Assembly (NCBI GenBank): GCA_040954595.2
Contig: CM082595.2
Coordinates: 2,403,943-2,467,942 of the forward strand
DNA length: 64,000 bases
From: Balanoglossus misakiensis
Taxonomy: Eukaryota > Animalia > Hemichordata
Reading direction: 5' to 3'
The notes below the pieces were generated by a model that searched no databases, had not been told where the DNA came from, and saw nothing but the letters and a program-made list of their open reading frames with translations. Of the stretch, positions 41,301 to 56,393 are shown in pieces; position 1 is the first letter of the stretch; each line of letters begins with the position of its first letter. A program made the translations under genes and the position numbers.

Positions 41301-44300
41301 GACTGTGGTCTCCAAAGAATTGAAATCTACATCCACAAGACGATTTATCTGGGGGGAAAAACAGGTAATTGCAAACTTCACAAACCAGTAAATACAGATA
41401 TTGCTGTTAAAACTCAGTATAGGAATGCAGTAAAACCTGTTTAAGCCAGACACAAAGACCGAAGAAATTGTTCAGTTTGCAGAGGTGTCCGGTTTATAGA
41501 GATTCTTTTAACATGTGGTTCTATGTCAAAGGGACTGGAAAATCTGTTTGGTATAGACAGGTTTCTGGATTAGACAGGGTACAGTTTAGTTTGAAGCTAT
41601 GGCAATAATTGTACTTACTCCTCTGTAGGTTGTGTGGAATTCTGGACTTTTTCTGTCAACCAGAAGAACGCTGATGTGCACCAATGCATTGTGGGAGGAG
41701 CCCTCCGCTGTCAGATCTTCCTTCGATTCCCGAATTGACGGCGGTGGTGTGGCTGGGTATCCGTCAGGGTCTTTGTCACTATACGTGGCAGATCTTGACC
41801 TGGGCGGGGGATGTAAGACAGTGACTTTTCTGGTCTTGTGGTCGAGATTGGATTGCAGATTCGGAGGGAGGGAGGATGCAGCGACCGGGAGTTTCATCGC
41901 CGATACTTTTATGGGACAGGACGTGGACAGGTAAACCCTGGATTCCGGGCGTTTCTGGGATTCCTGCTGGGCTGTGGACACCATCAGGTAACGGTGTTTG
42001 GAATCTTCAGGTTGGAGTAGATCCTGCATGATGAGGGATCCAAGGGCAACCTGGATTGATGTGGCGTGTGCCGTGGCTTTCTCCATGCTCACGTGGAAAT
42101 CCTTGAAGGCCAGCTCGACAAATCCCTGGTTACCGTCTCCGAAGTCGTCGTGCAACGTGACATCGAGCACAGGCAGCGAGAAGTCTGCATTTATTTTCAT
42201 AGGAGGGGTGTCCGCAGACGGGCTGGGTAGCCCCTCGCTGGTCGGGGTGGCCTCGTCATCCTCGAATCGCACGGTTTTCCTGTCAAGGTCAAGGTCCTCC
42301 GACTGCACTGATGTCATGCTCTGTGTCGAGCTCACAGAAGGCATTGTGACATCTTCCCTGAGTAGCGCTGTACTCTCGATGCTGCCGTCGAACGTCAGAT
42401 TGTCCAGCGTCTGGAGAACTTGCTCGTACACGCGCTTCGCCAGAACGACTTTGAGCGGCGTCACAACTTTGCCCGTCACTTTCAGCGTGCTCTGCAGGAT
42501 TTCCGGTTCGCCCTCGTCGAAGTGGATATTGGTGGCTTCGTCTCTGTTGATGGCGTCTGCGTCTGCTGGGATCTGGTCGATGGTCAGCTCGATCGTGGTG
42601 TTGTGGAGAATGGGGTCGCCGCATCGCGAGGTCATCAGGTCCTGCAGGCTCGCGGGAGTCGGTCTCAGACCACGCGAGTGCGCCTGCCGCGTCAGGTAAT
42701 CGCGGTTGATGGAGAAGACATTGATGTCTCTGATCTCCATGTACATCCTCTCGATGTGTTCATTCAACCACCGTTCGCTCTCCATCTCGCCAAACCGCTT
42801 CACCGTGTTGTGGAGGTAGATTTTTCCAAGATGGCCGACAAGCATCTCAGAGCTGGTCGGCGTCCTTGGAAACGCTACCACAGGTGTCTCCATGACAATA
42901 TCCAGTTTCAGCTTGTTCTGATTTGCATAATCATCCACAGGAAGGTCAGCGCCCTCGCCACTTATCAGACTCTCGTTCAGAGATAACGTACTCTTCCTGA
43001 TTGGAGAATCGAGCACTGACGCAAATCCTGCTGGACCGAGAGACGTCGTTAGATAATCCTTCTTCGTGACTATACCTTTGGCGACCTCAGTTGCGGCCTG
43101 TTTGATCGAAGACGCCAGTGATGATGTGTACATCTTGAAATCATTCGCACAAGTTGACAACTCGGCGATGAATCGCGGAGAATGGGTGTAACATAAAGAT
43201 GCCATGCGTAGTTTCAATTCTGTTCCCGAGCTCTCCCCGGATCTTCCCGACTGAGAGGGCGTCCTTGCGTCGGAATCTGGGAAGAAGCCTGACCGGAAGG
43301 TTGACTCTAATGGGGAACTAGGCAGGCTCGCTGCCTTGGGTTTGTAAAACGAGAAATAAAACGCTTTGTTGGCAAAACTAACGTCCACGTCGGTGGTTCC
43401 AAACATGTCTGACTCAAACGCCGTCCTGTACATTTCTTCCGGGACGTAATCCTGTGGGGCTGTACTCATGGCCGGATTGACGACGTCATCTGCGGCCAAT
43501 CCGGGGTCATGACCCACGCTGAACACTTTTGTGTGACTACTACCCTCAGGTGTCAGATCCACCACTTGCAAACCACCAAGGTATCCTTCTACGTTGATCT
43601 CAGTCCCTGTAATTTGACGCAGGAAGACATTAGCACAACACGCAGCCATTTTGAATTTCAAATACAAGTATTGTGAATACGAGACACATTTCTGATTCAC
43701 TTTTTAACAAGCAAGGTATTTTTTCTGACCTAGAGATGCTTGTATGTGGGCACCAGTCATGGTTGCTGTGCTGACTTTTCTAGCTTCCACTTTGCCGTTT
43801 CTGCGAACTCCTCTCAAAAGCAGGACATTGAGACGGTGGAAATCAGCGGTGACTTCGGTTCTCACAGTCTCAGACGCAATCTGAAAATTGACAAGATATT
43901 TTCATGAAACTCCAGTCAAACCAGTGTTCGTGTGATGTCGCTGCCTGATAATTATGGTGTCTAAAAAAATAATGTGACATTACACTGTTCACAACTCCAG
44001 AACCAGAGATTCTCTGACTCACCTTATGAATCTGTTCTGTCGATAAACTCATATTCATCTCTCTATGTCTGCTTGACATTGGCTTTTTCTTGCTCTTTGT
44101 ACTTGGTGATACCCTCTGAATGAATCCAAGCAACTCAACAATTGTTTCTTGGTTGGCTGCAAAACAAACACACATGTTGTTTAACCCTTTCACAACTATT
44201 ATTCAGTCCAAATCCATTGTTTTCTATGGTAAAGTTGGACCTCTATACAGAGAAATGGGGATGAAAGGGTTAACTGACACTCACCTGTTACATCCAGATT

Positions 44301-44614
44301 ATTGAACTGCAGGGAAGCGATCTGTAATGTTTCATTCTCTGTGGAGTTCATCGTTGGACAGTTTGGACTGATGGCTTCAAATTCAATGCTGATGAGGGCT
44401 TCGGAGTCCACATACTCTAGACTGAACTGTCTTGGTGGGCCTTTAGATCCAATCGTTGCATCTGTGTAATAATTGCATGGAGACAATCCATTAGGCAGAG
44501 TATATCTGTGATGTTTGTGGATTTTGCTGTTGCATGTGTTAGATTCAGTTGCATGGTTACACACACGCACACACATACATACATTCTTACATACATGCAG
44601 ATAGACAGACACAC

Positions 44615-44663
<49 letters not shown>

Positions 44664-47600
44664 TCTCATCTACCTGATGCAGAAGAATGCTTGCCAAGCG
44701 ATGCGAAGGCAGATTCTAAGGAAGACGGTTGTGAGGTTGTAGCCGGGGTTTCTGCTGTTGGTGATCCCTGTGATGTCGGACTAGTTGGGGAATGTGGTGG
44801 TGATTTGGGTGAGGACGGATCGCTGCCAAGAATCTTTCCGCTTGGGACATCCATACTGAAGGAAAGAAGCAAGAAGCAATGACTTATCAAGCACGGAAAT
44901 GGCAGACAGTGTTTATAGGTTGTACCACATCCACTTTGTGCATGACCTCAAATTTTGTTCTTCAAAACGGCAGGCAACTTCTGTTTGACCATATTTCGAA
45001 AATAAGAAAAATTGCTTGAATGTGACACTGTACCTGAGGTTTTTATGTGAAGCAAGCAAGAGTTCATAACCATCACCGAACGTCTGCAAGGCATCCACTA
45101 ACAACAATCCATGTACAGTCAGTGATACAGACATATCATAAGGTCTTTTGGTCAGATTTGCCCTAACTCCAGACACCTGTAATTCTGCTATACTGCGACC
45201 TGAAATAAACAAAACAAGAATTATATATATGATAATTTTTCTTACAAATCTGTCCAATACTGGAAAAAATCAGTTTATAGCGGTTCTAATGGCTTTTAAC
45301 TTATAGTTCTATGCGAAAAGGACTGAGAAATGTGTTCGGTATAAACAGGTTTCCAGATTAGACAGGGTATCGGTTTAGACAGGTTTTACTGTATTTGGTA
45401 ACTCACCTCGACTCTGCACTTCTAGAGACATTTGGTCGACCGAGAATTGCATTAAGAGTTGTCTACATTCCATCAACACTTCCTTCCCTACTTGATGTGT
45501 CTCTGTAGTTTCCATTTCTATTATACTAAAATAGACAAGAATAGACATTTCGGTTAAACTACAATAGACAAGAATAGACACAAAAGATATTTTGCAGGGT
45601 CTCATAGAGTTCATAAAATGGTCTATTGTGATGTTAGAATCTGCACCCACCTGTCACGATGCTCTCTGAAATACCTTTCCCAGTTTTCATCACTTGCTGG
45701 TGCTGACCTCTGACCTTTGGCGGTGGACGACAGAAGACTGTCTGATTTCGAATCGGAAAATAACTTGACACACTTCAACAGGGCGTGAATCTGGAGCCAA
45801 GAAAGAGTTGGACGAATTAAATATCAGAAATTCTTGAATGGAAGTCAAATATGGAGTCAGTCAGCAACTGAAAGCAGAACTGTACATTGTATGTAGGGTT
45901 ATGCAGTCTATTTGTCAATGAGCTATACACAGTAAAAAGAAGAATGTTCGGTTTGCAAAGATGTCCATATACAGAGGTGATTTTAACATGTGGTTCTATG
46001 AGAAAGGGACTGGGAAATGTGTTCGGTATAGACAGGTTTCCAGATTAGACATGGCTCGGTTTACACAGGTTTTACTGTATATAAGAAGTGAAATCTGTAT
46101 CTGCACAACTGACCTTGTTTTCATTCACATGAAGTACAAGTTTTGGCAGTGTTCCTGACAATGTGACACTCGGCCACTGGGGGTCTGCTGTGTAGATAAT
46201 CCGACGTTCCAACTGTACAGATATTGTAAATCTATCCACGACATGCATTGCACTGGTTCCTTTCACGTGAGCACTCTTCCAGTTGTCTTTGGCTTTTCCG
46301 ACAAGAACTTGAAGGTCCGACATATCCAGGGTGTACCTGACATTGACAATTATAGAATCATTATTTCTGCACTCTCGAGAAATCATGAGAGAAATTCACA
46401 ATTTTTATTACATGCAATTGATAACAATATTGTGGTGGTCTGATTAAATAGGCAGACTTACCTGTCATAGAGTTTCTCTCTGAGAGCTGCCTCTGAGATT
46501 GAACTTCCGGACAAATCCAACTCAGTCACCTGATCGCTAGGAATGCTGCTGATATCAGCTGATCTGTCCTTGTCTTTCAAGGTCAAGTCTCCGAAATCTG
46601 TTTCAGCCGGTGGTGGCGTAGAGGGTGGTGTCTCAAAATCCTCGTCTGAAATCAGAATGAAGGAAGTGTTTGTTTCTGACCATGATATAAAATAAAGGGG
46701 CTGAAAGGGCTGAAGGGTGCATTGTCTCAGTAACAGACATATTGGCTTATAGAGGGCGATGTCTGTTTTCTTACCATCATCCAACGGATCCTCCTCCTCC
46801 TCCTCTTCCTTCTCATCCTTCACTGATTTCTTCTTCATCATCCCTTTGGCGTTCGAATTGACAAATTCAAGATGGCCAAAATCAAGCACCACCTGCAGAC
46901 AACAAAGAATATCACACATTTCACACTGTGGGCTAGAACAGACCCTAAAATCACATGCCTTTATATTCATTCACACAGAATAAATGCTTTGGTTTAACCC
47001 CTTCAACACCAGAGTTCAGTCTAAACCAAAACTTACCAGTGTTGCGTTCTCCGAAAGAAAATTATCTGGGACGATCATCTGCGGAGCGGAAATATCCAAG
47101 TGGATGTCCCATCTCTTGGTGAGAGGCTGAAAATAAAAGAACAAGCAAATTTGATGAATATGAGCTCCGGTTTAATGCAAGAATATCTACATGGAGTTGA
47201 AATCTGCTTAATTCAAAATGGAGGATGGACAAGTTTGTTTTTTCTACTTACTATAGTTTCACCTTCCAACATGTGATCCCAAGCCTGTAAGAGCTCAGCT
47301 CTGGTCTGGTTCTTCAGCTCTTCATATCTGATTCTTGCCGCTTTGGTCAGATGGAGCTCAGATGACCGCGACGTCATGCCCTTCTGTTTAGAACTGAAGA
47401 ACTCAGAAACTCTTCTGATTGGCTTTGGGTTGTAGATCATGTAAAGAGGTCGCGTAGTGATCTCCAGTCTGAAGAGTTCAAATATACGTGAGTCTAACAA
47501 ACAAGTTCATGTATGCATCTCAAATTCATCTTTTACTTTGCTACAAAAGATCTACTGATTAGCATTCATAAACAATACATCCTGCTAATAATATAATCCT

Positions 47601-50600
47601 TTAATGCAAATTTTGTATTGAATGCATATGGATTAAGTGCCCTGTGTGGCCAAGTGTGGTCTCCAAAGATAAGTTACAGAATCTCCAAGAGTATAATTGT
47701 ACATTGTGTATTTCCAAACCTGTAGTCGGCTTGACTGTGTGGTGGTCTCTTCTCGTAGGTCATCACAAAGAGAGCTTCATCTGTTTTCGAGTTTGACACC
47801 ATCTGCCCTGTTTTCATATATGATGTCTTCTCAGACCTGGATAGCATTCCCAAATACTGGGTTCTTACATGGGAGATAGCTTCATCCTGTAGGGAAAAAT
47901 AATTCCACAGTGATGACCATATACATGTACTGACTACTTGGATAGGTTGGATTTTGCAGTGGGTAATATTACCACTATGAAAATATGGAATTTTCAGACA
48001 TATCGCTGCTGTGACGAAAATTCTATATTGATATACATGTACATTGAAATTATCTTTTCTATGTCTGAATTAGTTATTTTTGAATGCAGGTATTCCCAAA
48101 CAACACTACAACTACTTACCCTGCCTTGCTGAGGAGCCACCAAGACCCGAAATATTGACCCGACCGTCAAAAGATCTCTGAGGTACAGAGCACCCAGACT
48201 GACATTGAACAACAACGACTTTGACCTCAGCCGCGATTCAAAACTCATGTTGACATCGGCGAATTCCAGCTCCAAGATTCCAGATTTTGGCTGCCTTTGC
48301 GATTCCTCTGTTGGGACTCCGGTATCTGTCCGTTGAATCGGTTGACTGTCTTCACTCAACCGGAATGTCCCACTTTTCAACGAGAAAGTCAACAGAGCAA
48401 AGACGTTGTCTCTCTTCATGAAAGTGTCGTCGTCTGAGTTGTCGCCGAGGGCTTCCTGGAGTTCTTCCTCTATCTCGTCTTTTTCTGAAACAGGAAGAAG
48501 AATTCTCAGTTGACATGGCTACTTGAGCTAGAGATGGTAATGACAGCAGAACATGGGTTTGATTGCCCTTTATTTGTCTTGTATGTTTATAGATTTATTT
48601 GGGGGGTGGCGATGTGTGTGAGGAAAGTCATTTACATTGAACCTCTTACTTACTTATTGGCTGTATTGAGTCAACAGCTGTTCCATTAACAGCTGCACCT
48701 CCACTGGGTTTTGTTTCTGGCGTGGCTGATGAGTAGGAGTACCATCCTCCCCAGCCAGGAAACCAGCGTTGCACCATCCCGCCTTGGTATTGGCCTGGCT
48801 GTTCCTGCTTCTCTTCACTGGCTATCTTCTCTTTTGCTGCCTGATGAAACAATAATGTCAGACTCTCAGACTACCACACTATTTTCCCGCCAAAAGATTG
48901 GTGCAACATTTCACACATTTACAAACTTTTCTCTGTTTTTTCCTTAATTTTTAGACAAGGTGGATAAAATTCTCCATTGCCTATAAGTCTTGATCAAAAT
49001 TTTTCGAAATTCTGACAGTCAACATGTTTTTTTCAGAATGTTTCACAAAATGACATTAGATCTGTCAAATCCGAAATGCCACTGTACAATTCTTACCTCT
49101 GCAAGAGCTTCCTCCTTCCTGACTCTTTCCATGGCAATTTCTCTCAGGATTCTCAGCTCATCAAAACTTAAATCCTCTTCGACTTGTTCTTTGTGCTCCT
49201 GTTCAGAGACGTCAAATCAAAATGTCATAAACTGCCAACTACAAGCAGTATCAAGTAACTACAATGAGTTAAGAAACCAATGTCAGTTTTGTCATATTTT
49301 GAGAAAATAACATTCATATAAAGTACCTTCTCACATGATCAGCTCACTGTCAACTACCTTGGTACTCAAAGTACATTACATGTACATAGTATTGACAGTC
49401 CACTACAACTACAGTCTACCTCCACAGACTATAAACACAAGGACCTACCTTGAGTTGTCCAAACAATGTTGGGTTGGTCAAATACTGTGTGTATGCATCC
49501 ACATACAATACGTTATCTTTAGCTCTCTTCAGGACAAACGACCAACACTGTTTTTTATTCCGCTCTTCAATTCCACTCAATATTGCACTGTAAGCGAATC
49601 TCCACCATTTCTTTACACTGTGGAACAAACAGAAATTCGCATTACAGGATTCTGCCAAATAGATGATTTTGCGCTCATTGCGAGATCTCTCAAGACTTGG
49701 TTAATTACCATAGCAACAGGTCGCTAGCTAAGTCAAACAAGCTAAGCTTTGTATGAAACTAGAATAGTTTCCAGTAAGAATTTTTCCTGATGGAATTTCC
49801 AGTAAGAAATTTTCCCTGGTGAAATTTCCAGTAAAGTTACCTTTCCCTGGGTTTACACATGGGTCTCCACTTCCGGTATTTCCGGGCTTTGTCGTATCTC
49901 TCCGATTCCTTGATCATGGCTAGAATCCCCCTGTATTGGCTCTCTGACAGCGCCAATGGAATCTTCTGCAGCGTCAGGTCACAGGCGAGTCTTGGTTTGT
50001 TGCGAGACCGTAGTGGTAAAGCTGATAGGTTGCGTTTGATCTTGGCTTGGGCAGTCACTGGTTCTAAGATGTACTCATGATCCTGAAAATGAAAGATGCA
50101 AATATTGACGTCGCTCAAATTTTATAGCACTGGATCACCACTTTTCACTGGTTGCTAACAAGCCAACTCTGGAATAATGAAACCGTAATTTCCTTTTTCT
50201 CACTAACCTGGAAGACGTCCTTCCCTCTGGCTTTGAACATGTTTCTTTGTAAGGCATCCTGTAATGAAATAAAAAGTTGTGTTAAACCCATATTCGCTTC
50301 TGGGGCTCGAAATCTTGCCAATCTCTCATCTTGTGTTTGTCAGATTACATTGTACCAGGAACTTATATGAAAATTGGCAAAGAACAAACTGACTATAATC
50401 AGATGTAGAGTTAGGTGCCTGAGAAAAGAGAACAGCGCCTAACTCTACATCTGATTTTAATCAGATTGGGCAAAGGAAATACTCACCGCAAGGTGCGACA
50501 TCGGCAGATCCCCAACAAACTCACAATTGATGTCCCAATACATTGCAAAGTCTTTGAGTTCAACCAGTTTTAACATCATATCAGCACTGTCACGGCTTAC

Positions 50601-52849
50601 AAACTTTGGCACCTGAAAATACAAAAAAACACCTGTCATTTAACTAATGTGATACAGTCATTATCAGAGTTTTGGGTTGTCTCTAACCCTTTCACCCCTG
50701 TTTCCCTGTGTAGAGGTCCTGCTTTACCATAGAACACAATAGATTTGGACCAAACCATGGTTGTGAAAGGGTTAGTAAGACTAAAACCTACCCAATCACT
50801 GTCTGTACTTTGAGCTGATAATTCTGTAATTGTGATACCAAACACAAACGGTTGGTTTGGGATAGTTGTGGCATCTTCATATCGAATATGTACATCTTTG
50901 ACGTTCAACTACAGAGAAAACAAGACACGATAAATGTTAGCAACAACACAGTTGATACATTGATGCATTATCTGTTGCCGCTTGCTCAGTATTGGTTGTA
51001 TGTTTCTTTTTGGAAGGGATTACATGTGTGTGCAGGTAACAGCTGTTGATGACACACTAAACCTCACAAAGACACTGATTTAAACCAATATACACGTAGT
51101 GTAATAGGCTTCTACAGACACAGTGTTGTGTTATTGTATTTTTCGTGAATATTTCTGCACAGTCAGAGATGTATGGTAATTTTAGCATGAAACAGCAAAG
51201 GTTCTTTTCCTCTGCTAGTCGCATAGATGTATAGAATCAAGTGAAAAAATGAATTTTTTTATCCTGTTAAAGATTTAACTTACCTGCAGGTTTTCGATGA
51301 TATTTGTGACTAATGACGCAGAATAAGAGTACCACGATGATGATGAACCAGTCTGGTCTTGTTTTTCAGTCTGCAAAGTAATGACTTGAGATTTTAGGTA
51401 CGAGTGGCAAATTTTAACTCTGCCTGAGGAAAAGGTAACATTCAAAAATGTCACAAGATTGATATGGTAGATTGTGAGTGATTTCTTTGCTATAGGCAGG
51501 AATACCTTGCTAGGTATATTTGCCATGACAACAACATCTATATCATACCCTCCATTTTCCTTCCACGGCATCCAGTTGCTCTTTCTTCTTTTGTTGTTGT
51601 CTCGACTTTTCCTTCTCTTCATTGTATTCTCCCTTGACAACCGGACCAGCGATGAGATAGAGTTTATCAATCGAGATTACCCATGGCTCACTGCGAAGTC
51701 TTCTCATAGGAATCTGCAGTGTTATTTTGCCAACAAACCCTGGAACACAAAAAGAACTTTCAGATCAGTGTTGTGCACATTATTGATGGGGAATGTTGTC
51801 ATTTATATTAAAGCCAGGCAGTGATTAAAATAATGAGATACACATCATCAAATCATATCGTATCATTTGATCTAAGTGTAGCTCACACTTAATTTGTCAA
51901 AAGTTTCATAACTGGTTGAAAAATGACCAATTACTTTTAGGTTCTTCATCAGAAAGTTCTCAGATAACAATATTACATACCAGCTTTGACTTCAACTGGT
52001 AAATCCAACCCTTTCAGAGCATCTTTCTTCAAGGGTAAGTTTTCAAGTTCAACGGCACCTAAAAATCAAAATGAACAGTAAGTCAGAAACACACTTTTAA
52101 TTGAGAATGGCCCAGTTCCTGAACAAATGTTTCAAAGGTATAATAGTATTATTATTAGTATTCAGGTCAATCTGCTGATATGACGCAGACATACTGATGG
52201 ACTCTCTACCATTAAAGTACTATTTGCACAACAACATAGTACTATAATAACAGAGACTCAAATCAATGTCTATGGTAAACAATCAAGAAAATTTGGAAAA
52301 TTTTTAATAATAATATCTTTAAAATTTATTATTATTACTATGAGATAGAATGACTGCAGAAAAGAGACCTATATTATTGTAATATATTCTGATTTTCATG
52401 ACAGTTCGTCATAACACTGATAACAAACTGTGTCAGTGATAATCCCCTCTATGTGTATTTCACTGGCAATTTGCATATATGGTGCGTCATCTGGCAAAGC
52501 GGACACGCCCACAATCATCAACTTGAGGGGTTGGCAGGAATGTTACTGCTTGGATAATACAGAAATCGCTTGATAACTTCCATTACGCAAAACGCTTGTG
52601 TGACAATAATCACATACACGACATACACGTATATATGCAATTCCCCGGGTGCAAGTGGTTATAGTACATGAGCCACCGGACGAACCTTTGAACGTGATCG
52701 ACAAGTGGGCGTGGCAGTTACTGATTACTGTCCGATGCGTTTCGGAACTCACCTTGTAATAATCCAATGGAGAGCTGGTCCGTGTTAAGATTTTCTAAAT
52801 ATTCCCCGACGTAGGTGTTTAAAACCCACGCCGCTAACCCCTCCAACAT
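20399..52849 (-). CDS. VPS13D: Vacuolar protein sorting-associated protein 13D (bridge-like lipid transfer protein), complete, ~70 coding exons
   Basis: Exon 1 (52849-52753) reads [33 protein letters not shown], the chorein N-terminus typical of VPS13D. Internal UBA exon at 35174-34972; VAB/SHR-BD region ([28 protein letters not shown]); ricin-B-like segment near 26.1-26.3 kb; [15 protein letters not shown] and [13 protein letters not shown] (ATG2_C). Last exon [32 protein letters not shown]-stop, TGA at 20401-20399. I walked about 71 exons with phase-compatible GT-AG introns. Confidence 0.96.
20931..21074. repeat. Compound microsatellite (CATA / TAGATACA / CAGA)
   Basis: Directly visible tandem tetra- and octanucleotide units in a 3' VPS13D intron. 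Confidence 0.95.
22690..22885 (-). mobile_element. 5'-truncated L2/CR1-group LINE 3' end
   Basis: Minus strand translates [34 protein letters not shown], the typical L2/CR1 ORF2 C-terminus. It is followed by a GGCGCCA..TGGCGCC stem-loop and a (TTGA)n tail. Confidence 0.85.
25015..25087. repeat. Three degenerate ~28-bp tandem units
   Basis: ATTAAAGGGGAACACT, ATTAAAGGAAAACACT and ATTAAGGGGAACACT in succession. Confidence 0.6.
26885..27031. repeat. Three degenerate ~50-55-bp tandem units in a VPS13D intron
   Basis: Repeated TTTAA(G/T)A..AATC(C/T)CAC...GGTA..TTGTA pattern. Confidence 0.55.
28160..28660. mobile_element. MITE remnant related to 14048-14300
   Basis: GATTGGCGGCCATTTTGAA and terminal GGTGCATTCTGCCATAAA are reverse-complement-like to the 14048 copy. 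The left boundary is approximate. Confidence 0.45.
29838..30042. repeat. (GAAT)n / (GAGT)n microsatellite
   Basis: Long perfect GAAT run that decays into GAGT variants. Confidence 0.97.
34727..34935. mobile_element. TTAAAGCCCCAGTAGCTG-ended repeat remnant (Kolobok-like); second copy starts at ~19479
   Basis: The same start TTAAAGCCCCAGTAGCTGC occurs at ~19479 and 34727, with looser similarity at ~30993. The extent is approximate. Confidence 0.45.
34972..35174 (-). CDS. VPS13D: VPS13D exon encoding the UBA domain
   Basis: [33 protein letters not shown] fits the UBA pattern (MGF-like loop, AL..., AA.WLL), which distinguishes VPS13D from VPS13A/B/C. Confidence 0.85.
35355..35452. mobile_element. 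~93-bp piggyBac-like MITE (TTAA TSD), copy 1
   Basis: TTAA-CCCTTTCACC...GGGGATGAAAGGCCTAGGG-TTAA; body is homologous to the copies at 44181, 50683, 55109 and 55786. Confidence 0.75.
41428..41590. mobile_element. Tc1/mariner (Tigger-like) MITE, ~160 bp; other copies at ~45270-45391, 45930-46077 and ~55520-55666
   Basis: Left end CAGTAAAACCTGT(T)TAA; other copies end GGTTTAGACAGGTTTTACTG-TA (inverted terminus plus TA). Shared body TTTTAACATGTGGTTCTATG..AAAGGGACTGG..GGTATAGACAGGTTTC. Confidence 0.75.
41619..43606 (-). CDS. VPS13D: Largest VPS13D internal exon (1988 nt)
   Basis: Lies within the 704-aa ORF. Acceptor ttacag|GG at 43606, donor GGA|gtaagt at 41619. Contains VPS13 repeat motifs ([25 protein letters not shown]). 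Confidence 0.92.
44181..44273. mobile_element. ~93-bp piggyBac-like MITE, copy 2
   Basis: TTAA-CCCTTTCA...TGAAAGGG-TTAA with intact TIR and TSD. Confidence 0.85.
44558..44663. repeat. (CA)/(CATA)/(CAGA)n microsatellite
   Basis: Directly visible. Confidence 0.9.
45930..46079. mobile_element. Tigger-like MITE copy
   Basis: CAGTAAAA...CGGTTTACACAGGTTTTACTG-TA; body matches 41428-41590. Confidence 0.75.
49768..49835. repeat. ~28-bp tandem repeat (~2.5 copies) abutting a VPS13D donor site
   Basis: TTTCCAGTAAG(A)AATTTT(T)CC(C)TG(A/G)TG(G/A)AA repeated. Confidence 0.7.
50683..50775. mobile_element. ~93-bp piggyBac-like MITE, copy 3 (opposite orientation to copy 2)
   Basis: CTAA-CCCTTTCACCCC...GTGAAAGGG-TTAG. 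Confidence 0.8.
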
Positions 52850-53394
52850 GACGAAATCCACTCGCTATATTTCCCACACTCAGTGATTGACTGCTCGCCA
52901 GACAGTTTAAGTGGCGATCATACGGATTCTTCGTTTTCCTGGATTCTCTAGCACTTGCGTCCGATCGGGTGCCTCCTTGATATTCCTATATCAAAAATAG
53001 ATATTCCTACATACTGAATGTTCTCACGATTCAGCTTGCGACGAAAAATAGCATAGGGTGATCAACAGTCGACACGATGACCTACGTCGCCATGATGAGT
53101 TCAGGTCACTACATTAATTTTTGTACACCTAGGGACACCACATATGACAGCTTGTTACATTCTATATACATATCATTATCTCATCTTACTTGTGGTATTT
53201 ATTTCATCCATATTGTCTTTTGGACGATATTTAAAGTATATGTTAGCAACAGAATAAAGAGATTAATAAATAAATGAGACAAAACCAAGTTTTCTCCAGA
53301 AGTATTAGATAACTAGATACTTTTTCAGTAGGATAGGGGAGTGTAAATACCTATTTTTGAGCATGCGCATTCTCATTTTTACGTAAGTCTCAAA
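52850..53394. promoter_or_regulatory. Bidirectional promoter region shared by VPS13D and SDHB
   Basis: Divergent start codons with 545 bp between them. NRF1-like GAGCATGCGCA at 53359-53369 and a YY1-like CAAAATGGC over the SDHB ATG. Confidence 0.7.
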
Positions 53395-55785
<2,391 letters not shown>

Positions 55786-55789
<4 letters not shown>

Positions 55790-55879
55790 CCGCTTCACCC
55801 CCATTTCTCTGTATAGAGGTCCAGCACTACCATTGAAAACAATGGAGAGTCGGACCAAACCATGGTGGTGAAAGGTTAA
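55786..55879. mobile_element. ~93-bp piggyBac-like MITE, copy 5, overlapping the SDHB stop codon
   Basis: TTAA(55786-55789)-CCGCTTCACCCCC...GGTGAAAGG-TTAA(55876-55879). The first TTAA contains the TAA stop. Confidence 0.8.
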
Positions 55880-56387
55880 CCTGTGACCGTGCACATCAAA
55901 GAAAGCATGCTTTAGATATAAGCAGACAAGTGGACTTGTCTTCATAGTATATACAATCTTGTACAGTCTGATTTTATTTTGCCTTTTTTTTAAATGTAAT
56001 ATTTGTTGTTAGAACCTGGAAGCAACAACTTCCGGAGTATAGCCATACAAAGCAAAGGATTGTCAATTCAAGTTTTGGATTTTTTTGTTAAATCTTGGTT
56101 GTCCAGAAAACTTAATTACATCACTGGAGCACTATATTAGTCAATTACAGTCAGTAGTGGGATTGATCAAGTTTAGGCTGTATTTGTGTCGGTCATTTGC
56201 AAATGAACCATGTTTATGTCTGCTTTTGCATAGTCTTGCCAGGATTGTATTTTTGATTCATCCACTGTGAAAAATCAAGCAAAGCTGTGTCTGCAGTGAT
56301 AGTGTGTGTGTTATAGGGATGTCAAATTATGTCAAAATAGTGTGAAACATTTCAGCTTCTATCTGTACAATCTTGAGACACTCTTAG

Positions 56388-56393
56388 AATAAA
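56388..56393 (+). terminator. Candidate SDHB polyadenylation signal
   Basis: AATAAA about 600 nt after the stop, followed by GT-rich sequence. Confidence 0.45.

Noticed and set aside
41632-42986. Long plus-strand ORFs (233 aa, 188 aa, 100 aa) opposite the big VPS13D exon
   Set aside because: These are antisense shadows of a GC-rich coding exon, with no independent motifs or splice structure.
20399-52849. U12-type or GC-AG introns, frameshifts or missing domains in VPS13D
   Set aside because: Every junction I traced was GT-AG and phase-compatible; the gene looks intact and conventional.
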